The notes under the pieces were generated by a model. It searched no databases and was not told the DNA's origin. It saw nothing but the letters and a program-made list of their open reading frames with translations. A stretch of DNA of 58,479 bases, the filler included, from Piptocephalis cylindrospora (taxonomy: Eukaryota): NCBI GenBank assembly GCA_003614145.1. It is 7 parts of 7 records of this genome, joined end to end, with 100 filler letters (N's around TTAATTAATTAA, not from the genome) between each part and the next. Parts side by side here need not be neighbours in the genome. Positions count along the whole stretch, not along the records: positions 16,765 to 25,036 come from KZ988156.1; positions 25,137 to 33,404 come from KZ988157.1; 5 more parts are not named here. The stretch is one strand, 5' to 3'. Of this stretch, positions 21,851 through 33,504 are shown piece by piece. Numbering within the stretch: the first letter of the stretch is position 1; every line of letters begins with the position of its first letter. Position numbers and translations under genes: made by a program.

Positions 21851-23977
21851 TTAAGCTAACCGAAATAGTCTGGAAAGGTGAAGATGTTCAAGTCTCATGC
21901 CCTTCATGATCCGCTGGACCACGGGATGTAGGGTATGAAAGGCATCGGTGGAGAGATCATTCAATTCCGCGCCGTATAGACCAGTCTTCTGTGCCCAATT
22001 GTTACACACATGGTCAATAACGTTGTAGAGTAGGGTGATAAACTTCAAAAGTTCCGGGGTGGAAGGATATGACTTCCCAATCGAGGTCAGTGGTTGACCT
22101 AAAAGAATATATCCTGCATGGGTACTCAAACCAGTGAGCATGGGAAGCTCAAGGGCGCCACGCACCTCATCAAGCCGGTTGTAGTGTCCTGTCCATTGAT
22201 TCTTTTTCACTGAGTCAAAGGACATGTAGGTCAGATCCTTGACGAGATCCAGACACATTTGAAGAGCCTGGATATACGCATTTGCAGGTGAGAGGAATGT
22301 GGACGGAAGGTGAGACACGGCCTCGGAAACCTTCTCAAAATATGTACGCAGATGCTTGGCCCCTTCCATGCCTTTTTCCCTTTCAGTCGAAAAATGGACG
22401 TTAGTATGATGGCTACTATCTCCCAAGATGTAAAAGAGAAGACGTATGACCCGGGGAAGAGAGGTGATCAGTCGGACGAAAGGCTGGGCGGAGACCAAGG
22501 TGTTGGGCTCTTCACGATCTAGGGTAGCTACTTTGGCTTCTGCAAGATCCTCCAACCAGCCAAATCCAGTGCATTGGGCCACGAAAGTATCAGCCGGCGT
22601 AAGACGTTGGATATGCTGCGCATCCATCTGCATTTCCGGATGCAGTCGATGATAGTATTTAGGAAGTAAATCGGCAATGACGTCGATGTCAAATTGGGTC
22701 CGCTCACCCTTGGTTTTATCCGGCTTGATGGATCGAGAAAATGTGGAGATGAAACCCGAGGTCGATCTGGTGAGCTCGTCCCCTCTAATGTTCCTTCCGA
22801 CTTCAATGAGAATCCGGCGAATTGCATATATGGGCAATGGATCAAGCTGCTTCGAACTCACGAAATCTGCATAGATCACGAGACGAGACCAGTAGATCAC
22901 CATTGCATGTAAGTCCTTCAAGTAGGTCTCATTGTGCAAGTGATGCGTCTCGGATGAGCGCCCCAGCCGGTCCTTCCACCTCCGGAAGAGAATAGTCAGG
23001 AGAATAGATTGCATCCTTGGGTAAATGTGATTCATGATAGGTGTGGCTAAACGAGCTTGGAACTCAATTTGACGTATGGCCTGGACTTGATCACTATCCG
23101 GGGAGATGGTTCCAGAGAGTAGGAGGCGCTCATATTCCATATCATTTTTTCCCTTACGGGGGAATTGATGGCAGGTAGTGGGAGTTATTTGGAAGGAAAG
23201 GATATCGCCAATACATTTAGAGATAGCATTTCGAGTCGCAATGGCATGATTATCCAATATGGACATGGGCTCAGTGCCTATGGCATACCGACCATAGAGA
23301 TATAGGGGAAGATGATCGCTGATGTCTTGAAACGCCTTTAGGCAGGTACGAAGGGTTGCGTGAGGCATAGACTTACCCACAAGATGTTGCAGTACAGTGG
23401 GATCATCGAACAACAAGGGAAACAGCGGGGGGAGTACCCTGATCAGAAGGACAGCCGTCAGGGCACTCTTGTGCTGAAGAATTTTTGGGCAGCTCTCCAA
23501 GAAAATCTCATCCTGCTGCTTTTGAGTCGGTGGTGGGAGTTGATGGTGCGATCCCTTAGGATGGGAGGGCACAGGGCTCCCGGGTAAGAGCAATTTAGAA
23601 GAAGTGCTGATAAGTCGACGGCTGCGTTTGCGAGGGGAGTGGGAGGGCACAGGGCTCTCGGGTAAGAGCGATTTAGAAGAAGTGCTGATAAATGAACGGC
23701 CACGCTTGCGAGCGGAGTGTGGTCGAGGAGTAGTCGTAGATATAGACGCTGAGCGATCCGAGAAGGGTATAGGAGAGACGTGGGCCGAGGATGAAGAGGT
23801 AAACTGATCGTGAGAGGAAGAAGAAATGGGCAATCTAGGAGGGGTATAGAAGTGGTATACCAGGGGAGGGGAGGATTTGGATTGGGCGGAGGATTCTGGC
23901 TTAATTGCCTCGATCCTCAGAGACAAGGTAACCGTTAGAGCGAGGATGATTTTAAGCGAGAGACGTATCATGATCAT
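21851..23977 (-). CDS. Hypothetical secreted protein (~708 aa), apparently single exon
   Basis: Long uninterrupted ORF; MIMIRLSLKIILALTVTLSLRIEA is signal-peptide-like; Ser/Pro-rich segment followed by a predicted helical region; no family recognised. Confidence 0.75.
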   Translation of the reverse strand: MIMIRLSLKIILALTVTLSLRIEAIKPESSAQSKSSPPLVYHFYTPPRLPISSSSHDQFTSSSSAHVSPIPFSDRSASISTTTPRPHSARKRGRSFISTSSKSLLPESPVPSHSPRKRSRRLISTSSKLLLPGSPVPSHPKGSHHQLPPPTQKQQDEIFLESCPKILQHKSALTAVLLIRVLPPLFPLLFDDPTVLQHLVGKSMPHATLRTCLKAFQDISDHLPLYLYGRYAIGTEPMSILDNHAIATRNAISKCIGDILSFQITPTTCHQFPRKGKNDMEYERLLLSGTISPDSDQVQAIRQIEFQARLATPIMNHIYPRMQSILLTILFRRWKDRLGRSSETHHLHNETYLKDLHAMVIYWSRLVIYADFVSSKQLDPLPIYAIRRILIEVGRNIRGDELTRSTSGFISTFSRSIKPDKTKGERTQFDIDVIADLLPKYYHRLHPEMQMDAQHIQRLTPADTFVAQCTGFGWLEDLAEAKVATLDREEPNTLVSAQPFVRLITSLPRVIRLLFYILGDSSHHTNVHFSTEREKGMEGAKHLRTYFEKVSEAVSHLPSTFLSPANAYIQALQMCLDLVKDLTYMSFDSVKKNQWTGHYNRLDEVRGALELPMLTGLSTHAGYILLGQPLTSIGKSYPSTPELLKFITLLYNVIDHVCNNWAQKTGLYGAELNDLSTDAFHTLHPVVQRIMKGMRLEHLHLSRLFRLA
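23562..23718 (-). repeat. 78-bp tandem duplication (2 copies) in coding sequence
   Basis: tgggagggcacagggctc...ggtaagagc.atttagaagaagtgctgataa starts at 23562 and 23640; encodes RKRGRSFISTSSKSLLPESPVPSH / RKRSRRLISTSSKLLLPGSPVPSH. Confidence 0.9.
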
Positions 23978-25036
23978 GTAATGTAACGTAGTGTAATAGG
24001 AGAAGGAAGGAGAGAAGGAAACAAAGCAGGATATACCCGAGGTGACGAGTCGGTGGACTAGTTCATTGGGTTTTATGTGCAAAAATTACACCCCTCCTCC
24101 CCCTTCTAGCTCACGTGTTCAATCTCATCCGATATCGTCTATTGGATAGATACCCGCTTCTCTTCTTTCCCCTCTTTGTATTGCATCGGGGCAAGGCCAG
24201 TGTCGGAGCAAAGGGCAGATCCTGGTCGAGGTTGGAGGACTTTGGAATCCCCCCCGTATGGGAAGATCGATGGACTGAGGTTTTTTTTTTTGTTAAGCTA
24301 TCCTGTTTCACGGAATTTGGTGCTTTTAGCCCCAAGACAACGTGCATTCTTGCCCGTTTTAGAAAGCAGGCAAATACACGAGGTTTTACACTTATCCACT
24401 TGGCCTCAAGATAATAATATCACCAAATGAACGTTATCTCAGAAGGGAATGATGCATGGTGGGCACGCCACAGGGCTCTAGCCTGACAGAAGAAGGGGTT
24501 GCGGTGGCAAGATCAAGATCAAGGGTAGGAGGAACTCCCCGAAAAAGTAGTTCTCTTCATGCTACCCGAAATAGAGCATGGTGGACTAGAATGACAGGGA
24601 GTGTGAGTTTGAACGGCCAAAAGAGTATGAGCTACTGGCTTGAGAAAATGGCCAAAGGCTTGATCCATGAATATAGAGTAATAATAAAGATAGGTTTCCT
24701 CTAGAGATAGGCAGGATGGGGTGATTGATATAAATGAGGTAATATGTATTAGTGTAAAAGACAGATACAAGTTAGGCTGATATCTAATCTGTCCCTTTCT
24801 GAAAATAATGAGCACTCTTTTCTTTCATGCATTGATGCAATTAAAGATAAGTCCAGATATCATATACCCTCCTCACATACTCTTGGGCCATATAGTTTGG
24901 CCTCTTTGCCTCGCCTCCCCTTGTACTACGCGCTTTGGCCCTTCTTTCCCGCTTCCTCGTAGATTATGCACCCTGATCCCTTTTGTCCATCCCCCTTTGG
25001 ATCATACGTAGGCCTTTTTTTCCCATCTGACCATCA

Positions 25037-25136
25037 NNNNNNNNNNNNNNNNNNNNNNNNNNNNNNNNNNNNNNNNNNNNTTAATTAATTAANNNNNNNN
25101 NNNNNNNNNNNNNNNNNNNNNNNNNNNNNNNNNNNN
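25037..25136. other. Artificial contig spacer
   Basis: N44-TTAATTAATTAA-N44. Confidence 0.98.
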
Positions 25137-25940
25137 CCCCCCCCCCCCCCCCCCCCCCCCCTTTCCCCTATTTGCCTTGGAAACACCTAAACTTATTACA
25201 AGGGAAAGAAGATAGTAAACGCCCATCCCGTTTATCCGGGATGGGTAGAAAAGCCGTCTCGTGTCCAAGCATCCTTGAAGTGGAGAAGACCTTCAATGAC
25301 TAGCATCCGCTCCTCCATCTCCCTGTGCAATGACCCAGGTCCACCAGTCGGAGATTCAAGGTGTATGTGGTGGGCCAGGGCAATGGACAGGGATGAGGAT
25401 ACTATTCTGCATGGTCTGCCCCATCTCAGCCACACATTCGGTTGAACCCACGCCCTCATTACTGCACACACATCCGCCCTTCCCCTCCCGTATCTCAGCT
25501 AAAGCGCATCGTGCCGCGATATGATTGGTCGCCTATAAACGGGTGTGGGAGGAAGAGGGGGAGAGGAAAAGATCGGACCTAAACCTTTTTGGGAAGGCTG
25601 ACGAACCAAGGACGGGTCCCCCCATCTCACACACACCACACCCTGAGAGGCCCGCATGCCTGGGTCAAGGGTTGAGCCCAACCAACCCTTCTTGATTTCG
25701 ACCTATCTTTTCCCCAGCTTGCAAGCCCCGCTTTTCCTCTCTCGTTTTTTGGGGCCAGACGAGTGCAGGATGCTTGCAGTCTAAGCATCTATAAAAACCC
25801 GAATTAAATTGCATCTCCTCCTCCTCTCCTTTCCTTTTTCCCTTAGTCTTCCACAGCCCTCCTCTCCTCCTCTCCTCCTCTCCTCTCCTCTTCCCTCTCC
25901 CTCTCCCTCTCCTTTCCTAGTTCGCCTTTACCTACTTGAT

Positions 25941-27089
25941 ATGCCGGCCACTCTTTTATTTCCCCAGGGTCTAGTACCTCTCGTCACCCTTATCCTATCG
26001 ACCACCAGTCTGGTAGCGGCACATGGTAGTGGAAGTCATGTGTTGGGTGGATCCTCGGAGGGAGAAGATCCTTTACCCGGGAGCGAGGGACACACCGTAG
26101 CCCGTGGGAGCATCGGTCTGGCCTTTGGCCTCACTGCCCTTGCCTGTGGCTGCTCCATGATCGGATCCCTACTCCCCTTCCTTGATGTCATCTTGCCCCG
26201 ATACCACAGATTCAAGGATTTTAAGATCACCGAATCCCGTGGATTCATTGCCGGTATGATGGGCTTTGCCGCGGGTGTTCTCCTCTTCCTCGTTCTCGGT
26301 GACCTGTTCCCTGAAGCCGGGGAGAACTGGGGAGCCTCCTCCGCTGCTTCTGAGAAGACGGGTGGTATCATCGCTTGGGCCTGGATGGCTGGGACCGTTG
26401 GTGTTATTCTCCTAGCCAAGGCCCTCGCTGCCCGGTACCGCGGAAGGAACACTCCTCGTGCCACTCATACCCCCTCCACCCTGGAGGATTCTGTCGCCAC
26501 CCTTCCTACTCAAAAGGAAATGGAGGGTGGATTGGATGAGAAGCGTACTCAGCTCGAGATTGAGGCTGACCGTGCCGTCGAGATTCACGGACATAACCCG
26601 CACTTCCGTCAGCACGAAACTGTCGAGTTCCGTCGTCTAGGTATCGAGATTGCCGTTGCCCTTGCCATCCACAACTTCCCCGAGGGTCTCTCCACCTTTG
26701 CCGCTACCCTGACGAATACCCGCATCGGTGTTCTCTACGGCATTGCCCTGGCCTTGCACAAGATCCCTGAGGGCATGATGATTGCTCTCCCCATCTACCT
26801 GGCCACCGGCTCCCGGTGGAAGGCCTTTCTCATTGCCTCGGTCGTTGGTGTCACCGCCCAGATGCTCGGAGCCGTCCTGGGTTACGCTCTCTTTGTCACC
26901 TACTGGAACTCGGCTGTGTCAGGCACCCTCTTTGCCGTCGCTACCGGTATCCTCCTCACCACTGTCCTCTCCAACATGATCCCCCTGGCCCGACGGTACG
27001 ACGAGTCCGATCGATACACCTCCAAATTCATCCTTCTGGGTATTATCTTCTTTTCCTTTGTCGCTTCCCTCTTCACTCTTGCCGGGTGA
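25941..27089 (+). CDS. ZIP family zinc/iron transporter (ZupT/GufA-like), intronless
   Basis: ATG 25941, signal-like segment, multiple TM helices, GFAAGVLL, TM4 AIHNFPEG, TM5 ALHKIPEG, ALPIYLATGSRWKAF. Confidence 0.93.
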   Translation: MPATLLFPQGLVPLVTLILSTTSLVAAHGSGSHVLGGSSEGEDPLPGSEGHTVARGSIGLAFGLTALACGCSMIGSLLPFLDVILPRYHRFKDFKITESRGFIAGMMGFAAGVLLFLVLGDLFPEAGENWGASSAASEKTGGIIAWAWMAGTVGVILLAKALAARYRGRNTPRATHTPSTLEDSVATLPTQKEMEGGLDEKRTQLEIEADRAVEIHGHNPHFRQHETVEFRRLGIEIAVALAIHNFPEGLSTFAATLTNTRIGVLYGIALALHKIPEGMMIALPIYLATGSRWKAFLIASVVGVTAQMLGAVLGYALFVTYWNSAVSGTLFAVATGILLTTVLSNMIPLARRYDESDRYTSKFILLGIIFFSFVASLFTLAG

Positions 27090-27556
27090 ATTGGCTCCGG
27101 ATAGGAGGTCGTCTCGGGTTGACGTGATGCGTGTCCAGTCCCATCCAGGCCTCTCTTCTCGTCCTTATTCCCATGGACCTTGTATTTTGCCTTCGTCCAT
27201 CTCCAGTTCTTTTCAAATCATCCTTGTCCTCCTCCGAGGCCATTTTCCACTTTCAATACCATTCTTCATAGTTGTCTTTCATCCCCTTGTACCGCTTTTT
27301 TTCTCTGTATAAAGTGGATTTAGTTTTAATTATTGCTTTTTATGGATAGGCTGGACAAACGGGGACAGTGATCAGTCAACCTACATAAACACGCCCATCC
27401 CACAGGGGGGAAGGTCATAGCCCTCACCTCATTTATGTATCACACCAGCCTTGTCCAGCCCATAAAACGCGCCATCTGGCTTCCTCACTGTCACACACTA
27501 TACCCCTGCCTTCTTTACCCGACATCTCCTCCTGGCAAGCTCCCCTCAAGCAGGCC

Positions 27557-29337
27557 ATGTCCACATCCTCTCCTTCTCCCCAGGACCACAGCACGAGACA
27601 GTCATCAGCAGAAGAGGCCCAGTGGGACCAGGTCACTTCTGAACCTGCCTGGCGATACACGTATGCCTTTCCAGTCACCCCATCTCTGAGGGCTTCCACG
27701 GGTCTCACCTACTCCCGAACCGTTGGTGATACGTTGTTAGGGCAGAGTAAGATAGTGACAAAGGTCAAGGAAACAAACTTTTTTAAGAAAATACACTGGT
27801 CTCCCGATGGTACCTGCATCCTATCCAGTAGCAATGATGAGTCTATTCGTCTCTTCCACCTTCCCTCCTCGGCCCTGACCGGTGAGTCTCTTTAGCGGTG
27901 TTTCCTTGAGAGTATGGGAGATACTGCCTCTTTTTCTCTTTGATTATGATCTCATTGAATCCATTTCCCCACCAGAGAATCCATCTTCCTCTCCATCCCC
28001 CATACCATGGATAGCCCAGGATGGCTTTTGCCTCAGGCCCGGAGAGATTGTCCAGGATATGTTTTGGTATCCCCGCATGCATCATCAAGGTAAGCCTCAT
28101 AGAAAGATAAGTAAATGGAGGATCAATACCCATGTAAATGACCATATCTTAGATCCTAGCACTTGCTGCTTCATCACATCTACTCGTGATCTTCCTATCC
28201 AACTTTGGGATGCTTCCACGAGCCAGGTAGGATTTGTCCCGGTCATCATTCCTCTCCCTCATCGAATGCTCATCTCACTTTTCTCCACTCATCATATAGC
28301 TTCGAGCAAGTTATACTGTCATGAGCCCCATGGAACACATCTTGACTCCTATGGCAATATCCTTCAATCCCGAGGGATCTAGGTAGGCAGGGCTGGATTT
28401 ATCTATTTGGTAGTAGAAATCCACTAGTTATTTTTCTGATTCTCCACCCCATCCCCCAGGGTCTATGGGTGTGTTGATGGGGCCATCTACCAATTTGACG
28501 TGCATCGACCAGGCTTGACCGGGAAACGGTGCCCAACCACCCCCACACGAAAGGATCCTTCTGGGCAAAAGGGTAAGATGATCCCTAATTCATCCCCAAT
28601 GTCCATCTCTCACCTTCCACCTATGCCTCGACCCATCAGGCCTTCTTTCTTGCATGAGTTGGAATCCTGATGGATCCGGAGTCTACGCTGTTGGATCGTA
28701 CAATGGGACTGTAGGATTTTACACGGACGAAACCCCAGGCCCTGTCGACCTTCTCAATACTGGAGAAAGGACCAAGGGCCTGACCCAAGTGACCTTTTCC
28801 CCTTGCGGTCGGTATCTGTACACAACATGTCGACGAGGAGGCACAATTTCCTGCTGGGATGTCCGAGCTACCGGGGCATGTCTTTGGCAAGGCTGTCGTC
28901 AAGGTGACACGAATCAACGACTTGGCTTTAGTTTATCACCGGATGGGTCCATGCTATCTTCGGGTGATATTCAAGGACATGTCCTCCTATGGAAGGACTT
29001 TTTAGGAGATGGGAGGAGCGAGTCCATTGAGGAAGGACCGCATTGCTTTAAGGCTCATCAAGGTGGGTGGGAGAGCGCGCTGAGAGGGCGCCTTCCTTTA
29101 CCCCTTCCTTCCTCAGCCTCCTCCATAAACCCCATAGATGCCGTTTCAGATGCCCAAATCCATCCTTATCACCCTTTACTGGCCACCTCGTCTGGTCAAC
29201 GGCATTACGAGGAACCTTGGAGCGATACGGATGAGGACGAAGAGGACACGACGACACCATCATCATCAAGGCCCACTCAAGACAATTCCCTCAAGCTTTG
29301 GCACTTACCAGGTCAATGGATCCAGCCAGACTGCTGA
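27557..29337 (+). CDS. WRAP53: WD40 telomerase Cajal body protein 1 (WRAP53/TCAB1/WDR79-like), multi-exon
   Basis: NFFKKIHWSPDGTCILSSSND, CCFITSTRDLPIQLWDA, GLTQVTFSPCG, DTNQRLGFSL, HPYHPLLATSSGQRHY, DNSLKLW. Confidence 0.88.
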
Positions 29338-29404
29338 CTATTCCCTTTCTAGGGAAAGAAGCCAGCTGGATAAAAAAGAAAAAAATTACACTTGTATTGA
29401 ATAA

Positions 29405-32400
29405 CTATACACCATCCATGCTCTCCTCTGTTCGGCGGCGTAGAATACGGACTGTGGACCCCACTTGAATGGTCCATCCCTCCTCAGCGCTTGGCTTAAC
29501 TCGAGCATGCTGACCAAAGTACAATTTTCCCTTTAAGAATGGACCGGAAATCACATGTGAGATGCATTCCTCACCTCCCTGCAATTCACTCTTACCTGAA
29601 ATTTCCTATAAAGAGCTAAGGCCGCGTAGGGCTCCTTTCGCTTCTCTGAAGTTCTTTGATCCACACAGACCATATGACATCGTTGACACTTGCCCAGCAG
29701 CTACAATTAAAAGGATTAGTACCTGACCAATTCACATCAGGAAAAATGCGCTTGCCTTCATCTCTAACGCTCCCTCATCCCCAATGGAAAGAGTCTCCCA
29801 AGAATCCTCCTCCCATGCAGGGAATCCCTCCACGGTTAAATTGGCTCGAAAGCACGAACCATCCTCAAGCCCTACCCCGGCATGTCCATCCTCACAAGGG
29901 GAGCAAACTTCCAGAATACTCTTTACACTGGCTTGGTTGATAATGAGGTAAGGGCTCTTGTTGGCCAGACTCAATCTAAATGTTCCTGGTGTGGACCCTT
30001 TGTCTTTCTTTGACGAATCCGTGCCAGAAGGACGGCCGCATCCCAAAAGAGACCCCTCTTCCTTCTTCCTTCCCTCCTTACCACACCGGACAATCCTACA
30101 AGCAGTGCTGAGAAAGGTAGTGAACCACTCGGAATAGGTTGGATCCTCATATGCATGGGTAGATACACTAAAGAATATGGAATAAAGTAAGGAATCATGC
30201 CAGCGCAGCTTTTCATGTCCGAAAATAGAGCCGAGGACAGGTTCACTTACACATCAGCACACACTCGAGCCATTTCCAGTTGGGCGTTAGAGGCATCATC
30301 TAGAATATGACTTGATAATTTACCATCCCTAGAATCTCCATTCGCTTCATCATGAGCTTTGGATGGTGAGGAAAATGCTCCTGTGGAATGATGATAGAAG
30401 CCGCCCAATATAGGAACATTCTCCATCCATCCTCTTTCCCTGGTATTCTCTTCAAAAAGGGGCCCCTCATTCGACTCTTTTTTAATGAATTCCCTTTTAT
30501 CCAAGGGGTCAGTCTCGTCCAAAGGTAAGACCAGATTAGGCATACCAGGTGCCGATATGATCATGGATCTCGAGGACATATCTATGCTCGGGCGGATCAA
30601 GCACATTCTTGGATACCTATAAGTTATTGAAAGCATCGAATGAATTACATGCAACTCCAACGCTACCCCGACCCTTCCTTCCCCTTTACTTACCTTTTCT
30701 GATCTAGCGCTCTTCCTGTGTCAACGGATTTAAGCATCCACTCTCGATCCCATTCCAGCCCACTCTCCTTCATCCTCCAATTCACACCCTCAGGGACAAT
30801 ATAACCTCCACATGATTTGATTGGATCTAGCACAAGATAAGCAAAATCAATGATCCAATGAGACAGTCACGTACCCTCCGAGACAGGCATCATGACTTAC
30901 AGAGGATAAGCTTACTTATCCTTCCCTCGGGTAGTTGGGGCTCCTCTCTAGTTAGAGTGACACTGAGAGGATTTTCTGGGGCACAAAGAGATCTGGGATT
31001 GAGGAAATATCGGATGAGAAACCCAATAAGACGGTTCACATCGTCCATCGAAGAGGATGCCCCGAGACTGGCCCGTATGGCTCCCGTAGGATGTCCCTTG
31101 ATCAGGTCCTTATCATCTCCACATATATGCCCTGCCTATCCAAGAAGTAAAAAGGATAAGTGGTTCATGCGGAAGTCTACCATGAATCTAAGCGCCTCTA
31201 TGCGGGGAATAATGCGACTCACTTCGAATTGCTCTCGCAGGGCCTGATCTGTGAGGCCCAACCATGTCTGGGATGCCCCTGGATTGCAAAATGAGCCAGT
31301 ACGTAGGGAGATACCCTCAAGGGCAGCAACCTTCGCAACTTCCGCATACCCAACATATTCGCCGGCGGGGCGGAGGAGCAGGAAAGTGAGAATGGGCCCA
31401 TGGAGCTTTGGATCTCCTATGGATGTTTCCGGATGGGACATAAGGAATTGGACTAGGGGAGCTCCACATTCGTGCCTCAATTCAGAAAGCCCATGATACG
31501 TGGCCAGGATAAGCTGCTGGGTGTGATGGGCAATGCGCTCAAATGAGCCGTACAGACGGCGAAAGACGGAAAAGGCCAGAGGTAGGGCGAGGATGGCGTG
31601 AAAATTGATTGTTCCGTCCTCAAATCCCTCATGAATGTTCTCACGCTTGAGACGACTGAAGCTCCCAGAGGCTAGGATGGCGTCCACGGTTCCTCCGCCA
31701 AAATAGGGTCGCCGTAGTTCTTGCAAAGCCTCGGTCCGCGCAATTAGCGCGCCGACTCCGGTGGGAAAGCCAAAGATCTTGTAGAAAGAAAGAACGCAAA
31801 AGTCCACTGGATACTGACGCAAGGAGAGGGTTGAGGTTGCTGCGTAGGCTGCAGTATCCAGGAGGACTCTCCAGTTCCTGGGCTTTCTCTCGCCCCAGAA
31901 GAGAGGGTACCTTTGGCCATTGTAATTGGATTGGGCCGGGTAGGCGAGGAGGGATGGACTAGAGACACCGACTTTCTTTTCGCCTTCCTCAGAGAATGGT
32001 TTGCATAAACCATTCACAATATCTTCTTCGGAGACGCATTGGATATGTACACCCTTGACTCGTGCCAGCTCCCGGAGCCCGAGAACTGAGGTATGGTTAT
32101 CCTGAAGATACCAGAATTTTGAGGACTCGCCCTCCCATGGAAAAGATTCCCCTACGAGCTTCAGGGCAGCGGTGGCCCCAGAAGTAAAAATGCAAGTGTA
32201 ATGGATCGGATCGGCTTCCAAATGCTCCAGGACCATCCTTCTTGCCTCATTCACTCCTGCACGCACCCTTTGCGCCTGAGTATTACCGGAATGGGGATTC
32301 CCCTGGATGGTCTCGGTGGTGAGGAAATCGGCGTATTCTCGGACTAATGATTTAGGAATGGGAGGAGCGCCTGTGTAATCCAGGTAGACATGTCCCTCTA

Positions 32401-32467
32401 GCTGAGGATACTCTTCTTGACGTATTTCTCCGAGCCTGCCCTGATAATCACCATCATCTGAAAGCAT
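29405..32467 (-). CDS. hxB: Molybdenum cofactor sulfurase (PLP-dependent desulfurase plus MOSC domains), multi-exon
   Basis: VYLDYTGA, FTSGATAALKLVGESFPW, SFYKIFGFPTGVG, LRTGSFCNPG, GHICGDDKD, PIKSCGG, WDREWM, YPRMCLIRP, CQRCHMVCVDQ, LYFGQH; TAG at 29405. Start uncertain. Confidence 0.92.
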
Positions 32468-33404
32468 CTGGTGAGTGGAATCTTGAAAGGAGAGTAGTTA
32501 CAGGGGAGAGGGGAGTCGGAGGTAAAAGGAGTTGAAAGCCAAAGAGCGGGTCTCCAGGGCATCAAACTCTTAGCCTGGGAATACCAGCATTTGGACGTCG
32601 TGGATGACGACGATCATGTGGAGGCTGCTACTAAAATCTTTGACCTTAGGGTGGCGATTAAGACTCCACTGTCGTCTCCGCGTTAGTCTCATGGATCATC
32701 CCTGGTCAGCCCCCTAGGACAAAATTACTCGGCCAAACATTAATGTTGGTAAAATTGACCAAAAGCAGTAGAAATGACAAAAGTATAATGGCCATGGCCT
32801 TCAAGGGCCAATAGACCTTGAAACATAGTTGGTATGGAGGTCAGAAAATAAATGGGTTCCAAAGTCAAAGGGCTGGTAGACCTTGTCATTGCCCTCAAGA
32901 CCCATTGCTGTACTGTTGCATCAGGAAAATATATTCAAATTAGCCCAACATTTCCCTATATGCTCATTTTTATCTCCCCGCAAAAACTACCCCCCTGCCC
33001 AACCTTCCCCTTCCTAGATACGTCTTGGTCCTGCCCTACCTTATACGGAGAGGGGGAAAGGTGTCCAGTTAGTGTGTGGAAACCCCCCCTCCCCCGTTCA
33101 GGGTACAGAGATCCATGGCACGTAAGCAGCAAGGGAGTGAAGGGAGGATGGCAAGAAGAATGGTGCCGTCGCCCCTTTCTTCCCCAGCCCTCTCTTCATC
33201 CACTTCTTGTTATTCCCCGATCTTGATCCTTTTCTCCCATCCTCCCCTTATTTGGCCCATCTACGCTTTTTCTTCAAGACCCTATCCCCTCTTCCCCCCC
33301 CCCCCCCCCCCCCCCCCTCCCCCCCCCGCCCAATCCCCTCCCCCCCCCCCCCCAGCACCCAGGCACCGAACACCACACCCCCCACACCCCAGCGCTGGCG
33401 CGCG

Positions 33405-33504
33405 NNNNNNNNNNNNNNNNNNNNNNNNNNNNNNNNNNNNNNNNNNNNTTAATTAATTAANNNNNNNNNNNNNNNNNNNNNNNNNNNNNNNNNNNNNNNN
33501 NNNN
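33405..33504. other. Artificial contig spacer
   Basis: N44-TTAATTAATTAA-N44. Confidence 0.98.

Noticed and set aside
25270..25680. Zinc-responsive elements upstream of the ZIP gene (CAAGGT, ACCTTCAATGA)
   Set aside because: Only partial matches to Zap1/ZafA motifs, at a frequency expected by chance.
25941..32467. ZIP transporter plus Moco sulfurase as a metal-cofactor cluster
   Set aside because: Separated by the unrelated WRAP53 and with no shared pathway; ordinary eukaryotic neighbours.
1849..32809. Shared 12-mer CCCTTGAAGGCC upstream of the FYRN gene and (reverse strand) the Moco sulfurase gene
   Set aside because: 12-mer coincidences are expected many times in 58 kb.
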